DNA from: an uncultured Lactobacillaceae bacterium
Lineage (GTDB): Bacteria; Bacillota; Bacilli; Lactobacillales; Lactobacillaceae
Length of the DNA stretch: 64,000 bases
Direction: 5' to 3'
Assembly (NCBI GenBank): GCA_945285405.1
Contig: CALYQJ010000003.1
Location: 2,761 to 66,760 of the forward strand
Under the pieces are notes generated by a model, which saw only the letters and a program-made list of their open reading frames with translations, was not told the origin of the DNA and ran no database searches. Below are positions 31,347 through 43,536 of this stretch, in pieces (positions within the stretch are counted from its first letter, which is position 1; every line of letters begins with the position of its first letter). The position numbers and the translations under genes were made by a program.

Positions 31347-32924
31347 CTAACTAGCAACATCTACAGCCCTAAATTCACGTATAACAGACACTTTTATATG
31401 TCCTGGATAAGATAAACTATTTTCAATTTTATTTTTTATATCTCGAGCCAAAAAAACAGTTTGATCATCGCTAACTTTTTGCGGTGAAACCATAACCCGA
31501 ATTTCTCTTCCAGCTTGAATAGCGTAGCTCTGTTTAACTCCAGGAAATTCATTAACTAAGGTTTCTAATTTTTCTAATCTTCGAATATAATTTTCCAATG
31601 ATTCAGAACGTGCACCTGGCCGTGCCGCAGAAATTGCATCTGCTGCTGTAACCAAAACTGCAATTACTGAATCAGGTTCAACATCACCATGATGACTAGC
31701 AATAGCGTTAATAACCGTTTTTGGCTCATGATATCTTTTAGCTAATTCAGTTCCAATTTCAACATGAGACCCTTCAGTTTCATGATCAATAGATTTACCA
31801 ATATCATGTAGTAATCCAGCACGACGTGCCATTGTTTCATCTTCACCTAACTCCACAGCCATGGTTCCTGCAATTAAAGCTACTTGAATGGAGTGACTTA
31901 AAACATTTTGCCCATAGCTAGTTCGATACTGTAAACGACCAACTAATTTGATTAATTCTGGATTCATCTCCTGAATCCCTAAATCATAAATCGTCTGATC
32001 ACCTAATTCACGTAAATGATCATTAAATTCCTTTTGGGCTTTTCCTACAGCTTCTTCGATTTTACCCGGATGAATTCGTCCATCAGCAATTAACTTTTCA
32101 AGCGCAATTTTAGCAATTTCTCGGCGAACAGGGTCAAAACTACTTAAAACTACTGCTTCAGGAGTTTCATCAACTATTAAATCGACACCTGTTAAAGCCT
32201 CAAAACTTTTAATATTACGTCCTTCACGTCCAATTACTCGACCTTTCATGTCTTCATTAGGTAAATTAACAACACTTACGGTAACATCAGTTACTACATC
32301 AGCAGCACTTCTTTCAATTGCTTGAACGATAATTTCTTTAGCAACTCGTTTAGATTCAACTCTACTACGAGCTTCACTCTCACGAACCATTTGAGCTCGT
32401 TCATGAATTAATTGCTTCTTTAACTTTGTTAAAATTTGTGATTTTGCTTCATCTTCACTCAATTGCGCAATTTCATTTAATTTATCTTGCTGCGTAGTAA
32501 CTAACTTTTTAGCTTCATTTTGTAGCTGAGTAACTTTTTGACGTTGATTTTCTAAGTTAATTGACTGTTGACTAAGTTGATTTTCTTTTTTTTCAATTAA
32601 AGTATCTCGATGATCTAATTTTTCTTCTCGAGTATTTAATCTCTTTTCTTGATCAATAATTACTACTTGACGTGAGTGTAATTCATCTTCAATCTTAGAA
32701 CGATATCTGCTATTTTCTTCTTTGCTATTTAAGAGCAACTCTTTTTTTAAAGTTGCCGCTTCTTTCTTAGCGTTGTCAATAATTCCTTCAGCATTATTTC
32801 GAGCATCATTCAAATTTTGGTTAACTATATAATTATGAACCAAAACTCCAAGAACAAAACCTATTACCAAAGGAACTAAAATAGTGAATATAATAACGAG
32901 GACTGGCGGCAGGTTTAATCCCAT
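31347..32924 (-). CDS. rny: Ribonuclease Y
   Basis: N-terminal TM helix, coiled coil, KH domain ([12 protein letters not shown]) and HD domain (LLHDIGK). ATG 32924 after AAGGAG. Confidence 0.97.
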   Translation of the reverse strand: MGLNLPPVLVIIFTILVPLVIGFVLGVLVHNYIVNQNLNDARNNAEGIIDNAKKEAATLKKELLLNSKEENSRYRSKIEDELHSRQVVIIDQEKRLNTREEKLDHRDTLIEKKENQLSQQSINLENQRQKVTQLQNEAKKLVTTQQDKLNEIAQLSEDEAKSQILTKLKKQLIHERAQMVRESEARSRVESKRVAKEIIVQAIERSAADVVTDVTVSVVNLPNEDMKGRVIGREGRNIKSFEALTGVDLIVDETPEAVVLSSFDPVRREIAKIALEKLIADGRIHPGKIEEAVGKAQKEFNDHLRELGDQTIYDLGIQEMNPELIKLVGRLQYRTSYGQNVLSHSIQVALIAGTMAVELGEDETMARRAGLLHDIGKSIDHETEGSHVEIGTELAKRYHEPKTVINAIASHHGDVEPDSVIAVLVTAADAISAARPGARSESLENYIRRLEKLETLVNEFPGVKQSYAIQAGREIRVMVSPQKVSDDQTVFLARDIKNKIENSLSYPGHIKVSVIREFRAVDVAS

Positions 32925-32969
32925 AACCAATCGCTCCTTTTTTAATATTGGCTCTTATAAGCCAATTAA

Positions 32970-32998
32970 ATAGTAAGAAGAAAATGGAGATGTGTCAA
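32970..32998 (-). promoter_or_regulatory. Sigma-A promoter of rny
   Basis: TTGACA-17nt-TACTAT on the minus strand. Confidence 0.75.
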
Positions 32999-33019
32999 GC
33001 ACAAGTATTTAAATTTTAT

Positions 33020-34123
33020 TTAAATTAATTCTTCTTGTCCGGCTACATTATCATTTTTGGGATCTACTTCTTTTTTATTTTTTTTACCTTTATTGTCTTT
33101 ATTATCTTTATTTGATGTACTATCAGGAAAATAAATTTCTCGAAGTTTAAGATTTAAAGCTTGTCTTTTATCATCATGTTCTTTAAAATATTTTTTCGCA
33201 TTTTCTTTACCTTGTCCAATACGTTCACCATCATATGAATACCAAGAACCCGATTTTTCAACAAGATTTTGATCTACTCCCATATCAATTAACTCACCAG
33301 TCTGAGAAATTCCTTCACCATAAATCATATCAACTTCAGCAGTTTTAAATGGTGGAGCAACCTTATTTTTTACAACTTTAATCTTAGTCCGGTTTCCTAA
33401 AACCTCTGCTCCGTTTTTTATTTGTTCTGCTCGTCGAACTTCAAGACGAATTGTGGAATAAAATTTTAATGCTCGACCACCAGGAGTTGTTTCAGGATTA
33501 CCAAATAAAATTCCTACTTTTTCTCGAATTTGATTAATAAAAATAGCAATAGTATTCGTTTTACTTAAAGATCCCGATAATTTACGCAAAGCTTGTGACA
33601 TTAAACGAGCCTGTAAACCAACATGAGAATCGCCAATTTCACCTTCAATTTCTGCTCGAGGGACTAAAGCTGCAACCGAATCAACAACTACTAAATCAAT
33701 TGCACCACTAGTTATCAATGCATCAGCAATTTCTAATCCTTGTTCTCCTGTATCTGGTTGCGATAAAAGTAAATCATCAGTATTAACTCCTAAATTCTCA
33801 GCATAATAGGGATCCAAAGCATTTTCAGCATCAATATAAGCTGCTACTCCACCAGATTTTTGAACTTCGGCAACTGCTTGAAGAGCTAAAGTTGTTTTCC
33901 CTGAGCTCTCAGCACCGTAAATTTCTACAACTCGACCTCGTGGAAAACCACCAACACCTAGAGCTACATCAAGGGCTAAAGAACCACTTGAAACTGTATC
34001 AATTTCTTGATTCGCACTTTCACCCATGCGCATAACAGAACCTTTGCCAAAATTCTTTTCAATTTTTTTTAAAGCAGTATCAAGCGCTGCTTGACGTTTA
34101 TCTTTTTCTACTTCTTTTGCCAT
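33020..34123 (-). CDS. recA: Recombinase RecA
   Basis: [20 protein letters not shown] and GGRALKFY. Start refined to ATG 34123. Confidence 0.99.
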   Translation of the reverse strand: MAKEVEKDKRQAALDTALKKIEKNFGKGSVMRMGESANQEIDTVSSGSLALDVALGVGGFPRGRVVEIYGAESSGKTTLALQAVAEVQKSGGVAAYIDAENALDPYYAENLGVNTDDLLLSQPDTGEQGLEIADALITSGAIDLVVVDSVAALVPRAEIEGEIGDSHVGLQARLMSQALRKLSGSLSKTNTIAIFINQIREKVGILFGNPETTPGGRALKFYSTIRLEVRRAEQIKNGAEVLGNRTKIKVVKNKVAPPFKTAEVDMIYGEGISQTGELIDMGVDQNLVEKSGSWYSYDGERIGQGKENAKKYFKEHDDKRQALNLKLREIYFPDSTSNKDNKDNKGKKNKKEVDPKNDNVAGQEELI

Positions 34124-34150
34124 ATATACTCCATCCAAAAATTATCATTT

Positions 34151-34164
34151 AGAACATTTGTTCT
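34151..34164. promoter_or_regulatory. LexA (Cheo/SOS) box of recA
   Basis: AGAAC-ATTT-GTTCT matches GAAC-N4-GTTC and lies directly downstream of a TTGCGT-17-TATAAT promoter. Confidence 0.9.
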
Positions 34165-34194
34165 ATTATATTCTTTCACAAATGATTACGCAAA

Positions 34195-35583
34195 CTATTT
34201 CTTCTTTTTTTTAACTTTTTCTTTATTATTTACAAACTTATTTGTAGCTTGCATAAATTGAGTATAATCAATCTGCACTTGTGCAGCATAAGCTTGTGCC
34301 CAACTTACCATTTGTTCGTCAAATTCAGAACTATCACCAATATAGCCATAAATACATGCCGCTAGAGGACTTTGCACATGAGCTGCTGCCAAAAGATATC
34401 CACAGATTTCCGAATATAATTCAAATTGTCGAACATTTAATTTATCAAGTTCAAACGATTCTTTCATATCTCGAAACTGTCGAACATAGAAGCTCTGATT
34501 ATTTAAATTAAAATAACCTAAAAATGGATCAAAAGCGCTTTGAAGAATTTTTTGTGAAGCAGTTATTCGCTGACCTTCAGAAATTATTTGATCAGCTTGA
34601 AAATGTAAAATTTCACGACTTGTTTCACCAATTGTAGGTAAAGCTTCTTTAATTTGTAAAATCAGATGAGTCCCATCACTATGTTGTAATAAAACCAAAT
34701 AACATAGAGTTCCGTAACTGCCAATTCCAACACTATGACGTACAATATCCAATATTTTATATTCGGATAATAAAACTGCAACATCTGTTCTTACTGTTAA
34801 AAGATATCTCTTTAATCCCCGAATTAAATCATTATAACGATCCTTACTAATGTGAATTCGTCTTGGAGGTTCTTCATTAAAAGCTAAATTACCCGTTTCA
34901 TCAACTTGGGTATACTTCTCAACTACTTGTTCTGCTGTTCGATTTCGAGCTTTAGCTACAATCGACTGAAAAAGATTAACGTCTTTCTCTTTAAATTTTA
35001 AATGATTGAAAGCTGATTCAAACTCAGTTTGACGATAAAATCGGTTTAAAGCTGGCATTTCAAACATTTCCTTTAGCCCATAACGATAAGAACGACAAGC
35101 ATTAACTGCTATGTCGAGCATTTTACTTTGTTTAAAATCATTAATACTTCCAGCCAAAAAAATACTTACTAAAAAGCGTCTTAAATCCCATTCCCAATCT
35201 TTGTATCCTGCCTCATCAAAATCATTCAAATCAAATAAAAGATTACGTTCAGGAGAAGCATAAAAACCAAAGTTTTCCAAATGAGCATCACCACAAATCA
35301 CAATTTTTATGCCGGTATCTTTTTGCTCCAAAAGATCTAAAGACATTAATTTAGCAGAACCGCGAAAAAAAGCAAACGTTGAAGCACGCATTCGATCAAT
35401 TCGTTGCGGAATTAATTCAGGTACTAAAACTTTACGCGCATTTTCATCAATTTGAACAACATTACGATTAACAGTATGGAAATGTCCTATTTCATCAAAA
35501 TTTATTTGTTTACGAAGTGAAAGACCAATTTTAATTAACTCAGTTTGTGAGCTATTTGTTGTTAATTTTGATAATTTATTCAT
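34195..35583 (-). CDS. DUF2252 family protein (kinase-like fold, function unknown)
   Basis: FAFFRGSA, CGDAHLENFG, FDLNDFDEA, LILQIKEA and FYVRQFRDMK. Confidence 0.88.
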   Translation of the reverse strand: MNKLSKLTTNSSQTELIKIGLSLRKQINFDEIGHFHTVNRNVVQIDENARKVLVPELIPQRIDRMRASTFAFFRGSAKLMSLDLLEQKDTGIKIVICGDAHLENFGFYASPERNLLFDLNDFDEAGYKDWEWDLRRFLVSIFLAGSINDFKQSKMLDIAVNACRSYRYGLKEMFEMPALNRFYRQTEFESAFNHLKFKEKDVNLFQSIVAKARNRTAEQVVEKYTQVDETGNLAFNEEPPRRIHISKDRYNDLIRGLKRYLLTVRTDVAVLLSEYKILDIVRHSVGIGSYGTLCYLVLLQHSDGTHLILQIKEALPTIGETSREILHFQADQIISEGQRITASQKILQSAFDPFLGYFNLNNQSFYVRQFRDMKESFELDKLNVRQFELYSEICGYLLAAAHVQSPLAACIYGYIGDSSEFDEQMVSWAQAYAAQVQIDYTQFMQATNKFVNNKEKVKKKKK

Positions 35584-35656
35584 ATCTTAATAATACAACT
35601 TTAAATCATATCCAACATTATTTATTTTGAATTCAAATTTTCAAAAATCTATAAAT

Positions 35657-35698
35657 AAAAAACCCAGTCTTGCATTAAATCAAGACTGGGCTTTTTTT
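35657..35698 (-). terminator. Terminator of the glycolytic operon (after eno)
   Basis: CCCAGTCTTG-N8-CAAGACTGGG with A/T tails. Confidence 0.85.
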
Positions 35699-35707
35699 AA
35701 AAATTTA

Positions 35708-37033
<1,326 letters not shown>

Positions 37034-37083
37034 TTATTGATTTAACATCTTTATTGTAACTAATCAGTTAGCAAAATAAAATA

Positions 37084-39062
<1,979 letters not shown>

Positions 39063-39082
39063 ATCTTTTTCTCCTTATCCAT

Positions 39083-39118
39083 AAAAAAAGACGAATAGCC
39101 AAATAAACTACTCGTCTT
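39083..39118 (-). terminator. Internal terminator/stability hairpin between gap and pgk
   Basis: AAGACGAGTAG...CTATTCGTCTT followed by a T-run on the minus strand. Confidence 0.7.
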
Positions 39119-39131
39119 CATCATTACTCTA

Positions 39132-40160
39132 TTAAAGAGTAGCAAACTTGAGAAGTGTCCGTACCATTTGGCAAGTAAAGCCGTACTCGTTATCATACCA
39201 AGCAACTGTCTTTACTAATTGAGAACCATCTGGACCAGTTGTAACTTCTGTTTGAGTTGGATCAAATACTGAACCATGAGTATCATTGATAATATCAGAA
39301 GAAACAATTTCATCAGCATTCCAACCGAATGAATCGTTATTTTCGTTTGCATATTTATGAATAGCTTCATTAACTTGATCTGCAGTGACGTTACCTTTAT
39401 TCAAGATTGAAACTAATTCTGTTAATGAACCATCAACAACAGGAACACGTTGAGCATGTCCTTGCAATTTACCATCAACTGAAGGGCAAACCAAACCAAT
39501 AGCTTTAGCAGCACCAGTTGAATGAGGAATTGTATTATTAGAAGCAGTACGAGCTCCACGCTTGTTACCACCACGAACAGGACCGTCAAGAATCATTTGA
39601 GTTGAAGTGAAGGCATGAATTGTAGTCATTGTTCCAACTTTAATTCCAAATTCTTTATCAACGGCATTAACCATTGGTGCTAAACAGTTAGTTGTACATG
39701 AACCAGCAGAAACAATTCGATCATCACCATTTAATTGATCATCATTTACGCCATAAACAATTGTTTTAATTTTACCTGCAGGTGCAGAAATTAAAACACG
39801 TTTTGCACCAGCATCCAAATGTGCTTGTGATTTTTCAGCTGAAGTATAGAATCCAGTACATTCAAGAACAAAATCAACACCATCATTTTTTACCCATGGT
39901 AATTTGCTTGCATCTGGTTCGGCATAAACCCGATAATTTTTACCATTTACGACAATACCATCATCCGTTGCACTAACGTCTGCTTGTAAGGTTCCATGAG
40001 TTGAATCATATTTCAACAAGTGAGCTAAAAGAGCAGGTGAAGTAAGATCGTTAATCGCTACAACTTCAATATCGTTACTTTTATCACCAAGTTCTAAAAT
40101 TCTGCGAAAAGCTAAACGACCAATACGTCCAAATCCGTTAATACCAATTTTTACTGTCAT
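39132..40160 (-). CDS. gap: Type I glyceraldehyde-3-phosphate dehydrogenase
   Basis: [19 protein letters not shown] and WYDNEYG. Confidence 0.99.
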   Translation of the reverse strand: MTVKIGINGFGRIGRLAFRRILELGDKSNDIEVVAINDLTSPALLAHLLKYDSTHGTLQADVSATDDGIVVNGKNYRVYAEPDASKLPWVKNDGVDFVLECTGFYTSAEKSQAHLDAGAKRVLISAPAGKIKTIVYGVNDDQLNGDDRIVSAGSCTTNCLAPMVNAVDKEFGIKVGTMTTIHAFTSTQMILDGPVRGGNKRGARTASNNTIPHSTGAAKAIGLVCPSVDGKLQGHAQRVPVVDGSLTELVSILNKGNVTADQVNEAIHKYANENNDSFGWNADEIVSSDIINDTHGSVFDPTQTEVTTGPDGSQLVKTVAWYDNEYGFTCQMVRTLLKFATL

Positions 40161-40281
40161 ACTTTAACAGTTCCTCCTTAGGAATTTATCTTATATAGGG
40201 TCTAAAGGCCCTTCAAATAACAAAAATGCTATTAAGCCAATGCTTAAGCGATAGGTACCTTTAGCCCTATCGACCATCAAA

Positions 40282-40310
40282 ATAATACCACTAATCCCTA
40301 ATATTTGCTA
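40282..40310 (-). promoter_or_regulatory. Probable gap promoter (extended -10)
   Basis: TAGCAA-17nt-TATTAT with TG at -15/-14. Confidence 0.5.
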
Positions 40311-40568
40311 GAAGCTTAATTCTAAATTTAAGAAAATTTTATTTAAAAATGAAGTCTTATTGCTTTTTTAATTTAATTTAGTTTTTAATAAATTTTTTCA
40401 ATCAGTTAGTTCAATTTCAAATAAAAATATTATGGTAATATTTTTAATTTTAAATTTATATAAAACAAATTTTGTTTAATAGGCTCGTTATTATTATCTA
40501 ATAGTATTATTGCTCTTTAATTATCATTCAAATATAATATAAGCGATTTGTGATTTAAGGAGGAAAAT

Positions 40569-41627
40569 ATGAAGTTAGCGACGGTTCTAAAAGCGACTTT
40601 CACCAATATGGATATTATTAGCGCAATATCTTCAACACTGTTTATCATTCTTTTAGGTTTTATTTTGCGAAAAAAGGGGATATTTGATAATAAATTCGGC
40701 AAAATAATGACTAAAGTTGTTTTAACGGTTTCACTACCTGCTTTAGCCTTTAACTCTTTTATGGTACCTATTGATCAAAAAACTTTAAGACATGGAATTA
40801 ACGTCTTAATTTTCGGAATATTAATTTATATTATTTTAATTTTTGTTACGCCTTGGTTCTATGTAAAATATGACAAAAGTAAACGAACGGTTCTAAGTGT
40901 TTTAACTACATTTGGTTCAACAACATTTTTTGGTATTCCAATTGTAGCTGCTATTTATGGCCAAAAAGGAGCAATGTATGCTTCAATTTTCAATATTGGT
41001 TATCGAATTTTCCTTTATTCTTACGCTTATATTGTAATGAGCGGTTTGAAAATGGATAAAAAAAATATTAAACAAATGTTTTTAAATCCCGTAGTACTGG
41101 CTACTTTCTTCGGTTTAATTCTTTGGATCATTCAGCCGTATATGCCCAAAGTTAGCGGTATTAGTCCCACTTCTAAAGCCATGGTAAATGTAGCATTTTA
41201 TCGAATTGACGTTACTGCACCTTGGATCTATAAACCACTTTCATACCTTGCAAGCCTGGCTTCACCTTTAGCTTGGTTAGCAATTGGTTCAACTTTAGGT
41301 GAAATTAGTGTTAAAGAAGCCACAAGTAGTAAAATTTCTTGGTACTACACCTTTATGAAAACTTTAATCGTACCTTTAATTACCTTTGGTTTACTAGTAA
41401 TTTTAAAAGTAGTTAATATCATGCCAGTCGATTTAACAGCTTTAGCAACCATGACCATTATGATGGCAACACCTACTGCTGCAGTGGTTTCTTCTTATGC
41501 GATTGGTTTTGATCGCGAAGCAGTAATGACCTCCAATGCTTCTTTTCTTTCAACATTGGGTTCTGTTGTGATGATTCCAATTTGGATTGTTGTAATTACT
41601 TCTATTGGTACTGCGGGATTATTTTAA
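40569..41627 (+). CDS. AEC (auxin efflux carrier/malate permease-like) family transporter
   Basis: About 10 TM helices, LPALAF, FFGIPIV, SPLAWLAIG and ATPTA motifs; AAGGAGG RBS. Confidence 0.88.
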   Translation: MKLATVLKATFTNMDIISAISSTLFIILLGFILRKKGIFDNKFGKIMTKVVLTVSLPALAFNSFMVPIDQKTLRHGINVLIFGILIYIILIFVTPWFYVKYDKSKRTVLSVLTTFGSTTFFGIPIVAAIYGQKGAMYASIFNIGYRIFLYSYAYIVMSGLKMDKKNIKQMFLNPVVLATFFGLILWIIQPYMPKVSGISPTSKAMVNVAFYRIDVTAPWIYKPLSYLASLASPLAWLAIGSTLGEISVKEATSSKISWYYTFMKTLIVPLITFGLLVILKVVNIMPVDLTALATMTIMMATPTAAVVSSYAIGFDREAVMTSNASFLSTLGSVVMIPIWIVVITSIGTAGLF

Positions 41628-41642
41628 AAGGAGGATAAAAAA

Positions 41643-42638
41643 ATGAGTTTTAAAATTGCAGCTTATGGAGTTAGAAATACTGAAATACCGTATTTTAATG
41701 AATTAAATCAAAATCATTATGATTTGAAATTAATTCCAGAATTACTTAGCCATGATAATATTGATACTGCTAAAGGAATGGATGGAGTTTTACTACGGGC
41801 TAATTGCGTTGCAGATAAAACTAACTTAGATCAAATGAAGAAATGGGGTATTAAATACGTTTTTACACGAACTGTTGGTTATAATCATATTGATTTAGCA
41901 GCAGCTCATAAAAATCAACAACTTGTTGCTCGAGTACCCGCTTATTCACCTCATGCAGTTGCTGATTTAGCTTTTACCTTGGGCCTTTCTTTACAACGGC
42001 ATGTTAGTTTAGCAACCTTTAACAGTAAAAACATGGACTTCCGGGTAACTCCAGAAGAATTTAGTTTAGAAATTCCAGATTTAACAATTGGTATTGTCGG
42101 TACTGGCCATATTGGGCTAACTGAAGCAAAAAACTACAAAGCTTTAGGATCAACTGTTTTAGGTTATGATGTCTATCAATCGGATGAAGCCAAAAAAGTA
42201 GTTAAATTTGTTAAACAAGAAGATCTATTTGCCCAATCTGATATTGTTTCTTTACATGTTCCCTATTTTCCAGGAAAAAATGATCAATTTATCAATTCTG
42301 AATTAATTTCTTTAATGAAGCCAACAGCAATTCTAGTTAATACGGCTCGAGCTGAAATTGTTAAAACTTCTGATATTATTTCCGCAATCAAGAAAAAACA
42401 ATTGGGTGGATTTGCCACAGACGTAATTACTCATGAAAAAGATTACTTTGGGCAAAAAGTGACAAAAATTAGTGATCCTCAACTACAAGAATTAATAAAT
42501 CTTTACCCAAGAGTATTAATTACACCCCACATGGGCTCTTATACTAAAAAAGCCCTAATTGATATGATTCAAATTAGCTACGAAAATTTTCATGATGTTT
42601 TAACTACTGGAACTACTAAAAATCTTATTCAAGAATAA
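41643..42638 (+). CDS. D-isomer-specific 2-hydroxyacid dehydrogenase (D-lactate dehydrogenase-like)
   Basis: RTVGYNHID, YSPHAVA, GTGHIG, NTAR and TPHMGSYT. Confidence 0.9.
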   Translation: MSFKIAAYGVRNTEIPYFNELNQNHYDLKLIPELLSHDNIDTAKGMDGVLLRANCVADKTNLDQMKKWGIKYVFTRTVGYNHIDLAAAHKNQQLVARVPAYSPHAVADLAFTLGLSLQRHVSLATFNSKNMDFRVTPEEFSLEIPDLTIGIVGTGHIGLTEAKNYKALGSTVLGYDVYQSDEAKKVVKFVKQEDLFAQSDIVSLHVPYFPGKNDQFINSELISLMKPTAILVNTARAEIVKTSDIISAIKKKQLGGFATDVITHEKDYFGQKVTKISDPQLQELINLYPRVLITPHMGSYTKKALIDMIQISYENFHDVLTTGTTKNLIQE

Positions 42639-42654
42639 AATTGTTCTAAGAATT

Positions 42655-42689
42655 AAAAAAAGTCTTAATCTTAGATTAAGACTTTTTTT
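42655..42689. terminator. Bidirectional terminator
   Basis: AAAAAAAGTCTTAATC-TTA-GATTAAGACTTTTTTT. Confidence 0.85.
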
Positions 42690-42727
42690 CTTACCGGCAA
42701 AAGATTAATTGAAACAAAATTAAAAAT

Positions 42728-43441
42728 TTATTCAACTTGTTTAATCGCATAAGCTGTTTTTTCTAAAAAATTCAAACCTAAATTTTGTGCAAGCTCTTTT
42801 TGCCAACTAAATTTACGATTTTCTATTTGAAAAACTGGATCCAACCATTGTTGAGTTGGTAAAAGTTTCAACATCTGTTTACTTGAAAATTGTCCAAACC
42901 AAAAATTTTTTCCAAATAATTCCAATAATGTCTTTAAAAATTGAGGACAATTTATTGACAATAAAAAATGATTATAATTATTACGCCATCCAAGAAAAAG
43001 AGGTAATTTAGAAAAATCTGTGATTAAACTAAAACTTTCCTTTTTATGAGATTTGGCCATCGTTTCCGACATACGTAAAAGCCAAATTAATCCTGCTTGA
43101 TTTAAAATTAGGCTTTGCTTTAGTATAGCTAATTCAAAATTACTTAACTGATAGGAATATTTTTGTAAATTTTGCAACCCCAGTTTAGTCTCCAATTCTA
43201 AGTGAGAACTTTTACCATTTATGGGCCAAGTTATTTTTAATTGATGAGAATCATCTAACCAACTAGGATGATTACCTACACGTAAAGTAACCCAATTTAA
43301 TATTTTTTTACTTGATGGTAACTTAATTAAAAAATAAATACTATTTTTATTTCCTGAATAGTTAACTGCAACAATTTGAGATCCCGGTGCTAAATAATGA
43401 TAAATTAGATTGATTAGTTGTTGCTGTTTTTTATTAAACAT
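42728..43441 (-). CDS. Hypothetical protein (237 aa)
   Basis: Long ORF with an AAAGGA RBS, bounded by terminators. No family recognised. Confidence 0.65.
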   Translation of the reverse strand: MFNKKQQQLINLIYHYLAPGSQIVAVNYSGNKNSIYFLIKLPSSKKILNWVTLRVGNHPSWLDDSHQLKITWPINGKSSHLELETKLGLQNLQKYSYQLSNFELAILKQSLILNQAGLIWLLRMSETMAKSHKKESFSLITDFSKLPLFLGWRNNYNHFLLSINCPQFLKTLLELFGKNFWFGQFSSKQMLKLLPTQQWLDPVFQIENRKFSWQKELAQNLGLNFLEKTAYAIKQVE

Positions 43442-43484
43442 TTTTCCTTTATATCCTTTATATTAAATATGAAACAAATCATCG

Positions 43485-43520
43485 AAAAAAATCGTCCTCT
43501 AACTATAGAAGACGATTTTT
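43485..43520 (-). terminator. Terminator of the S8 proteinase gene
   Basis: AAAAATCGTC...GACGATTTTT inverted repeat. Confidence 0.8.
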
Positions 43521-43536
43521 AAAGGATTGAAGTAGA

